From Octopus sinensis (Eukaryota), in assembly GCF_006345805.1 (NCBI RefSeq), contig NW_021829741.1, positions 1 through 5,931 on the forward strand: a DNA stretch of 5,931 nt, written 5' to 3'. Of this stretch, positions 1 through 5,931 are shown in pieces. The notes below the pieces were generated by a model that saw only the letters and a list, made by a program, of their open reading frames with translations, ran no database searches and was not told where the DNA came from. The stretch's first letter is position 1. Each line of letters begins with the position of its first letter. Both the position numbers and the translations under genes were made by a program.

Positions 1-84
1 AGAAAACAATGGCATTCTGTAGGAAAAAAATCTGGCTACAATGTTCATAAGTAAAAATTTTGACATGCGCAGACTTATGTATGC

Positions 85-535
85 TCTTTTATATATACGT
101 CATGCACACGCACGCACAAACACGCATTCTTACACATGAACACCCACACAGGTGCATACGCATACAGACACACACACGTATATATACATGTAAACTGAAA
201 CATACGCAGATAATTACACGTACACTTTCCTATACACAAACGCACATACATACACAGGAATTTAGATACATACATACATACATACATACATACATACATA
301 CATACACGTACACGCATATGCACGCTCAGACAGAAACATGCGGAGAAAAACAATAACACATATATGGAAATAGGTGGACTGATATATGCGCAGGCATATG
401 CACACATAGTCACATACACACATACACACACACAGACATACAGACACATGCACAGGCGTTCATACGCTTTGAAGAACTATAAATACGCACAAGGACACGA
501 GCACAAGTATACATATACACACAAAAGCACTTACA
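85..535. repeat. Degenerate CA/TACA compound microsatellite, including perfect (TACA)10 at 267-306
   Basis: Direct reading of the sequence. It explains the H/T/Y-rich and C/V/Y/M-rich ORFs at 60-453. Confidence 0.95.
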
Positions 536-544
536 GACGGGCTG

Positions 545-750
545 TTCGTCGGTTACGCCGAAGTTTTCCAGCTGATCCGGTCAACAAGTCAGCCAGCTGG
601 TGAAATTGAAGTGCAAGAGGTTGAGGACCACACAAACACGCGTTCCCTCAACGTAGATCTCAGGGAGATTAAGAGGGATACAGAATGGGATAAGGCTGGG
701 CCTTTGAATTACAGGTAAAACTCATTTTTGCCAGCTGAGCAGACTTGAAC
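545..750 (-). mobile_element. Diverged, 5'-truncated SINE fragment (body and tail of an octopus-type, possibly CORE-like SINE; tRNA head absent)
   Basis: GC-richer non-repetitive island between microsatellites. The minus strand reads ...CTCAGCTGGCAAAAATGAGT...CCTGTAATTCAAAGGCCCAGCCTT...CTCCCTGAGATCTACGTTGAGG...GGATCAGCTGGAAA..., matching my recollection of an abundant octopus SINE. No A/B box is seen and the boundaries are approximate. Confidence 0.6.
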
Positions 751-967
751 GGAAACAGACGTTAAGAAAGACTGGTTTTCCATACCGTCTATTGCCATTA
801 CTAGCCGACGAGAATGTATCGTAGCTCTTCGTTTAGACATTCGAAACTCCGAGTGCTATAATGACAACTTACTGTTAGTTCACAATTATAACTCACACAC
901 GTAAAAATGAACAGAATGAAATAAAAAAAAATCTTACGCTGTGATTAGTTTTCAGAATACTTATAAT

Positions 968-1047
968 ATGTATGTATGTAGGTGTGTATGTATGTGTGTA
1001 TGTGTATGTGTGTGTATGTGTATGTGTGTGTATGTGTGTGTGTGTGT
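968..1047. repeat. (TATG)n/(TG)n compound microsatellite
   Basis: Direct reading. Confidence 0.95.
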
Positions 1048-1129
1048 CCATATTCATAAAGCAGTTTGCTCAGTTTTATGTTCACGAATCTTTAATCAAG
1101 CTTTGGAGTGATTTTGCAGATTGATTGTT

Positions 1130-1280
1130 ACCTAGCCACGTACTTCCTTACCTACCTCTTTGTCTGCCATCCTGCCTACCTACCTACCTACCTACATACC
1201 TACCTACCTACCTACATGCCTGCATGCTTGCCTGCGTACCTAACGTCATAGAATCTCCCTATCCTACCTGCCTAACCAAC
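1130..1280. repeat. Degenerate (CCTA)n microsatellite, best preserved at about 1175-1215
   Basis: Direct reading; gives the LPTY repeats in ORF 1125..1331. Confidence 0.9.
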
Positions 1281-1339
1281 CCCTTACAAAACGTATTTGA
1301 AAGCTACCTACAAATTCTTGTATTTATTTAGCAAAACTT

Positions 1340-1379
1340 TCTCTCGCTCTCTGTCACTGTATGTTTGTCTGCTTGTCTG

Positions 1380-1422
<43 letters not shown>

Positions 1423-1470
1423 GGCTAGCCAGTTATACGTCTATCCCAAACTCACTCCACTGATCATCTT

Positions 1471-1503
<33 letters not shown>

Positions 1504-1561
1504 CTATCTATCTATCTATCCTATCCTATCTATCTATCCCTATCTATCTATCTATCTATTA

Positions 1562-1608
<47 letters not shown>

Positions 1609-1730
1609 CAACTATCTGTGCGTCTGTCTGTCTGTCTGTCTGTTTCTCTATCTGTCTTTCTCTCTTTATCTTTTTCTCTCTTTGTCTCTTTCTCTCTCTG
1701 TCTCTTTCTCTCTGTGTTTCTTTCTCTCTT
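1340..1730. repeat. Pyrimidine-strand compound array: (CT)16 at 1389-1420, (TATC)n at 1472-1608, (TCTG)n at 1623-1642, degenerate CT tract to about 1730
   Basis: Direct reading. Confidence 0.95.
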
Positions 1731-1779
1731 TATCTAATTACCTCCAATCTACTCTAAAACCTCTTTCACTTATGTAGTT

Positions 1780-1960
1780 ATATGTATATAAGCATGCATG
1801 CACGCATGCTTCTATGTATGTATGTAAGCAATTATGTGTCCATGTATGTATGTTTGTATGTGTCATGTATTTAAGGCTGTATGTGTGTACCTATGCGAGT
1901 GTCCATGCACGTATGTGTAGAGTGAGAGTGCCTGTATGTGGATATATATATATGTACGGT
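1780..1960. repeat. Degenerate TATG/TG-rich low-complexity tract
   Basis: Direct reading. Confidence 0.85.
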
Positions 1961-2327
1961 TCTGTTCCTTTCTGTCCCCCCCCCCATTTCACACAAGAGT
2001 AAATATACGCTCGGTACACTACAGAGAAATATAAAAAAAAAAACAAAGTAAGACAGGGGCGTGTCCCTTCAACACGTTACCATATTCCCGTTATTGTTCA
2101 TTGGGAATATAGAAAGAGGGAATCACGTGGAACGAAGAATGGTACAAGGAATTACATCTTCGCAGCATTATTCATTAATAAAGAGGCGTTTAGGATTGAT
2201 ACTCCTACTCTCTGCAGTGAAAACTGGCATCACCATGACCATCACGGTGATATCAATCTCTGCCGCCGACACCATTACAACCAGCAACATTAGTGTTACG
2301 ATAATCATTTTTCAATTAACAACAACC

Positions 2328-2572
2328 TATATGTATGCAAGTGATTATGTATGTACACACATACACACATACATATATATATTTGTATGCTTGTATGTAT
2401 GTGATAATGTATGTGTGTATGTATGCATGTATGTATGCATATATATATATACACACATATATGTACAATTATATATAAATAAATATATACATATATTTAA
2501 TAAATATACAAATATACATAATATATATCTATTTGTGGGTGGGTATATGTATGCGCGTGTGTGTGAGTGTGT

Positions 2573-2610
<38 letters not shown>

Positions 2611-2725
2611 GAGAGGGATGAAAAAGTGTCATACGTTGATAGATTAATAGATACAGATATATATATATATAGAGAGAGATACATATGGATGATACAGTTG
2701 GATACAGTTGGATGCCTATTTATAT
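2328..2725. repeat. Compound TATG/TACA/TA microsatellite, including (TA)15 at 2575-2604 and a GATACAGTTG tandem duplication at 2691-2710
   Basis: Direct reading. Confidence 0.92.
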
Positions 2726-2899
2726 ATGATATCTAGGACTTTCTGTATAGGTTTAGAATCGGACGTTTCCCCTAATTTTTTGCCAGCGGCCTAGCTAGTA
2801 AGTGTGCCTGTGTGTTTAACTAATGGCATTTCTAAAAGAGCCACCATAAACAACAGTAACTCTGAGTGTGTTTTCGTAGGTACACCACTGTCTATTACT

Positions 2900-3276
2900 T
2901 ATTTCTTTACTGCCCACTAGGGGATACACACAGATAGGACAAGCAAGGACAGACAAACGGATTAAGTCAGTTATATCGACCCCAGTGCGTAAGTGCTACT
3001 TATTTAATCGACCCCGAAAGGATGAAAAGCAAAGTTGACCTCGGCGGAATTTGAACTCAGAACGTAGCTGCAGACGAAATACCTATTTCTTTACTACCCA
3101 CAAGGGGCTAAACACAGAGAGGACAAGCAAGGACAGACAAACGGATTAAGTCAGTTATATCGACCCTAGTGCGTAACTGGTACTTATTTAATTGACCCCG
3201 AAAGGATGAAAGGCAAAGTCAACCTCGGCGGAATTTGAACTCAGAACGAAGGGGCAGACGAAATACCGCTAAGCAT
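2900..3276 (-). mobile_element. Dimeric tRNA-derived SINE: monomers 2900-3083 and 3084-3267, 184-bp period, 5' A-box head missing
   Basis: Manual alignment of the two 184-bp units gives 15 substitutions and no indels (~92% identity). B-box-like GAGTTCAAATTCC on the minus strand at 3046-3058 and 3230-3242. Each is followed by GACTTTGCCTTTCATCCTTTCGGGGTCGAT..AAGTACCAG-type core sequence, which resembles the conserved Meta-type SINE domain as I recall it, and by an AAGAAATA 3' end. Confidence 0.85.
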
Positions 3277-3277
3277 A

Positions 3278-3683
3278 CGTTCTGAGTTCAAATTCCGCCG
3301 AGGTCGACTTTGCCTTTCATCCTTTCGGGATCGATTAAATAAGTACCAGTTATGCACTGGTGTGTCTGTCCTTGTTTGACCCCTCTGTGTTTAGCTCCTT
3401 GTGGGTAGTAAAGAAATAGGTATTTCGTCTGCCGCTAGGTTCTGAGTTCAAATTCCGCCGAGGTCGACTTTGCCTTTCATCCTTTCGGAGTCGATAAATT
3501 AAGTACCAGTTGCGTAGTGGTGTCGACCAAATCGACTGGCCCCTAACCAATAATTTCAGGATTTTGCCCAGAGTAGAAAGTACCAGTTACGTATTGGAGT
3601 CGATATAATCGACTTAATCCCTTTCTCCTTGTTTGCCTACTCTATTGTTTAGCACCCCCTTGCGGGCAAGAAATAAATAAATA
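3278..3683 (+). mobile_element. Multimeric copy of the same SINE family in opposite orientation: monomer 3278-3418 (24-nt internal deletion), monomer 3419-3580 (alternative tail), extra 3' half 3578-3683
   Basis: Reverse complement aligns to 2900-3248. B-box-like motifs at 3284-3296 and 3444-3456. The same AAGAAATA|GGTATTTCGTCTG dimer junction lies at 3418/3419 as at 3084/3083 on the minus strand. Ends in AAGAAATAAATAAATA. Confidence 0.85.
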
Positions 3684-3930
3684 CTTATATGAATATATTT
3701 CTTTGTCGCCATCTCTCACACGGCAGCGAGCGCGACAGAGAGAGTGAGGGAGAATGAGGAAGAGAGCGAGAGCGTGTCCTTACTGAAGAGACAACGCAAA
3801 CTGCCGTAACTGAATTGAGTATGAGGAACACTCGTATGGTATTTTCAGATAATCATATTCCTTAACTGTATATTTCTCCACAGTTATGTGCGTTGACTAC
3901 AGCATTAGAGCATTTTATCGTTAATTTCTA

Positions 3931-4380
3931 GATATGCCGATACACACAGATAGAGAAATTAAGGCCAACAGACCAGATGTAGTCAGAGATCATGAAGAAT
4001 AAAAAATGCTTTCTAATTGATGTATCAATACGGACAGAGAACAACGTGTCTCTAAAAGAAATGGAGAAACTTTCAAAATACAAAGACCTGGAAATAGAGG
4101 TAACCAGAATGTGGAATCTAAAACAGAAACAATTCCTATCATAGTAGGTGCATTAGGCATGATAAAAAATATTCAGACAAATACATAACAAAAACACCAG
4201 GACTTACAAACACATATAACATACAGAAAATTGCACTACTAGGCACTGCACACATCCTACGCAGAACACTTTCCATACAATAACCATGAAAGCATCACAA
4301 CAAATAACAGCACATACCCAAGGTACACAGAGCTGCGCTCGGTAGTGAAGTGAAAGCACGCTATAAAAATAAAACTACTG
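3931..4380 (+). mobile_element. 3' fragment of a non-LTR retrotransposon with a restriction-like endonuclease (RLE) domain, R4/Dong-like; ORF remnant 3931-4283 plus 3' UTR
   Basis: Correcting three 1-nt frameshifts (near 4000, 4121-4123 and 4165-4169) gives DMPIHTDREIKANRPDVVRDHEEKKCFLIDVSIRTENNVSLKEMEKLSKYKDLEIEVTRMWNLKTETIPIIVGALGMIKKYSDKYITKTPGLTNTYNIQKIALLGTAHILRRTLSIQ* (TAA at 4281-4283). This has the NRPD...D...K..KY..L RLE pattern and the GALG / QKxALLGTAxILRR C-terminus typical of R4-clade elements. An (AAT)n tract follows; Dong elements are known to target TAA repeats. Confidence 0.88.
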
Positions 4381-4434
4381 AATAATAATATAATAATAAT
4401 AATAATAATAGTAATAATAAAATAATAATAATAA
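4381..4434. repeat. Imperfect (AAT)n tract, the tail or target of the LINE
   Basis: Direct reading. Confidence 0.95.
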
Positions 4435-4438
4435 CTCA

Positions 4439-4644
4439 GGGTATCTACGAGATACCGCCCATGCTGAAAATAGCAGCCATGATCTGACTCTAAAACTACC
4501 TTAAGTGTTCGTATAGCACTCGGAGAAAGGACAAAAAGACAAAACAAACTAGTCTTTTCTCCGTGTACTATATATAGACTTAAGGTAATTTTAGAATCAG
4601 ATCATGACCGCTAATTTCAGTATGGCGGTATCTCGTAGATACCC
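4439..4644. mobile_element. 206-bp fold-back MITE, probably PIF/Harbinger (Tourist-like)
   Basis: TIRs 4439-4506 and 4578-4644: outer 21 bp perfect, overall 6 mismatches and 1 indel. Weaker complementarity continues between 4507-4532 and 4552-4577. Termini are GGG...CCC, flanked by TCA (4436-4438) and TAA (4645-4647), consistent with a once-mutated 3-bp TWA target-site duplication. No coding capacity. Confidence 0.75.
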
Positions 4645-4745
4645 TAATTTATAATTTTAATGATAATTATTACCTTTGAAGGTTATTATTTCCCTGCAGG
4701 CCAGTAGATAAGATCGTTATTGTATTTTAAATTACGACCTTATCC

Positions 4746-4778
<33 letters not shown>

Positions 4779-4884
4779 GATATATATATATATATATATA
4801 ATATATATATATAATATATAATATATATATATATATAGTATATATATAATATATATATATAATATAAGCTATATATATATATAT
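4746..4884. repeat. Long interrupted (TA)n microsatellite
   Basis: Direct reading. Confidence 0.97.
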
Positions 4885-5072
4885 AAGCACATACAGCCAT
4901 TCACTATTACAATACGAACGCATCCACACATCCACACTCAGTTATACGTACATATATATATATATGTACGGAGTAACACGTAAAAACATAATGTGAAACA
5001 AGTTGGAAAAAATGAGTACTCAAATACCAGTGGTAGAGTAATATATGCTTTATTTAAAGCAGCAGAAAATTC

Positions 5073-5123
5073 AAAAAACCTGTTACTCTGAGTTTCACGT
5101 TGCCGTTCATCGGACAGTTTTTT
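5073..5123 (-). ncRNA. Putative type I hammerhead ribozyme (U4->C core variant), predicted cleavage after GUA between 5084 and 5083
   Basis: Minus strand 5'-AAAAAACUGU CCGAUGA ACG-GCAA-CGU GAAA CU-CAG-AG UA^ ACAG-G-UUUUUU-3'. Stem I has 10 bp with one G bulge, stem II has 3 bp with a GNRA loop, stem III is A15.1-U16.1 plus 2 bp with a 3-nt loop, and the NUH triplet is GUA. The only core deviation from CUGANGA/GAAA is C at position 4. Confidence 0.62.
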
Positions 5124-5128
5124 CTAGC

Positions 5129-5174
5129 AAAAACGTCCGATGAACGGCAACGTGAAAACTCGAGTAACAGGTTT
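5129..5174 (+). ncRNA. Degenerate mirror copy of the hammerhead-like motif
   Basis: AAAAAC-GU CCGAUGA ACG-GCAA-CGU GAAAA CUCGAG UA^ ACAGGUUU. Stem I lacks one U, the GAAA run has an extra A, and stem III reads as the palindrome ACUCGAGU. Confidence 0.45.
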
Positions 5175-5202
5175 GTTGAATTTTCTGCTGCTTTAAATAA
5201 AG

Positions 5203-5235
<33 letters not shown>

Positions 5236-5242
5236 ATGTGTG
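5203..5242. repeat. (TA)10 followed by TATG/TG repeats
   Basis: Direct reading; overlaps the right end of the palindrome. Confidence 0.93.
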
Positions 5243-5294
5243 TTTTTAAATATGTATGGATATATATCCATCAGTTTGGGAACAAAGAGCTAGC

Positions 5295-5579
5295 TACTTG
5301 TTTATCTATCTATTTACCTACATGCCTATCTATCTACCGACATACCAACCTGCATACCTACCTACCTACCTACCTACCTACCTACCTACCTACCTACCTA
5401 CCTACCTACCTACATACATACATACCTACCTACCTACCTACCTACCTACCTACATAACTACCTACCTACCTGCCTCTCTCTCTCTCTACATATATATATC
5501 TGTGTATCTATCTATCTACCTATATATCTATTTATCTGTCACTATGTATATATATCTCAAATCCAGTTTCTTTCCCCCG

Positions 5580-5611
<32 letters not shown>

Positions 5612-5640
5612 ATATAAACATATATATAAACACTCACACA
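5295..5640. repeat. Compound array: TATC, (TACC)14 perfect at 5355-5410 with degenerate extension to 5470, (CT)7, TATC-like tract, (CT)14 at 5581-5608
   Basis: Direct reading; gives the LPTY repeats in ORFs 5230..5457 and 5256..5681. Confidence 0.95.
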
Positions 5641-5931
5641 CATCAACTCCTATATGTATGGCTGTGCGAATATTTATGTGAGCGTTATGTATCAATACAT
5701 TGACCCATTTCTAACTATTGCTGGTCGCCATAGAATTGTCCAGAAGCTCTTTGAATTTCTTCCTTCATCTTTCGTGTTTGGAATAAATCTCAAATGTGCA
5801 GCGACGTTCTCTAAACAACGGAGTGCCAAAGAGCAGTTATGTCAGAGCAGACAATTTTTTAATGCTTCTTCAGAGAGCTTACGAATCCGGTCGATTAAAT
5901 TCTTTGTATGATGTCAACATAATAAACGAAT

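Larger units (their letters stand above)
5041..5209. mobile_element. Palindromic non-autonomous element (75-bp arms 5041-5115 and 5135-5209), putative Penelope-like-element derivative with inverted pseudo-LTR ends
   Basis: Arms align with 2 mismatches and 2 compensating 1-nt indels. The spacer itself pairs further (GTTTTT/AAAAAC around TCTAGC). Each arm has a hammerhead-like core and an outward-facing AATAAA. The palindrome is certain; the PLE origin is inferred. Confidence 0.65.

Noticed and set aside
2200-2295. Possible His-rich micro-exon after CTCTCTGCAG (ENWHHHDHHGDINLCRRHHYNQQH*)
   Set aside because: Best explained as a decayed CAT/CAC trinucleotide tract. It ends in a stop and has no convincing donor site.
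60-2736. ORFs of 62-186 aa in the left half of the track
   Set aside because: Translations are low-complexity products of CA/TA/CT/CCTA/TATC repeats, which lack stops in some frames. No recognisable domain.
3350-3550. 66-aa minus-strand ORF
   Set aside because: Lies wholly within SINE sequence.
2900-3683. CRISPR-like or satellite array, or a true tRNA gene
   Set aside because: The units are 140-184-bp SINE monomers with no unique spacers. Only the B-box/T-arm part of the tRNA-like head remains, so no cloverleaf can form.
3775-3815. CTGAAGA...CAAACTGCCGTA, a second hammerhead-like string
   Set aside because: GAAA is interrupted (GCAAA), stem II is at most 1 bp, and no stem I pairing is found.
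4257-4547. 96-aa hydrophobic minus-strand ORF
   Set aside because: Antisense read-through of the MITE, (AAT)n and LINE 3' UTR; the hydrophobicity comes from ATT/TAT repeats.
4686-4745. Strong-looking acceptor TTTCCCTGCAG|G at 4699
   Set aside because: All three downstream frames stop within about 30 nt, no donor is seen, and such motifs arise often by chance.
4947-4970. Perfect 24-bp palindrome CGTACATATATATATATATGTACG
   Set aside because: Mostly the self-complementarity of (TA)n; only about 5 flanking bp are informative.
4732-5681. ORFs 4732..4935, 5230..5457 and 5256..5681
   Set aside because: YI and LPTY repeats derived from microsatellites.

Overview
AT-rich, repeat-saturated non-coding eukaryotic DNA (intron or intergenic). 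I find no intact protein-coding gene; nearly all ORFs in the track are microsatellite or SINE read-throughs. The repeat types resemble those I recall from octopus (coleoid cephalopod) genomes; this is an inference, not a database match. Compound microsatellites fill both ends. The middle holds: (i) a ~780-bp head-to-head cluster of multimeric tRNA-derived SINEs (2900-3683), (ii) a frameshifted 3' fragment of an RLE-type (R4/Dong-like) LINE followed by (AAT)n, (iii) a 206-bp fold-back MITE at the edge of that TAA tract, and (iv) a ~170-bp near-perfect palindrome (5041-5209). Each arm of that palindrome carries a type I hammerhead-ribozyme-like motif followed by AATAAA, which suggests a Penelope-like-element derivative. 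This palindrome is the most interesting object in the window.
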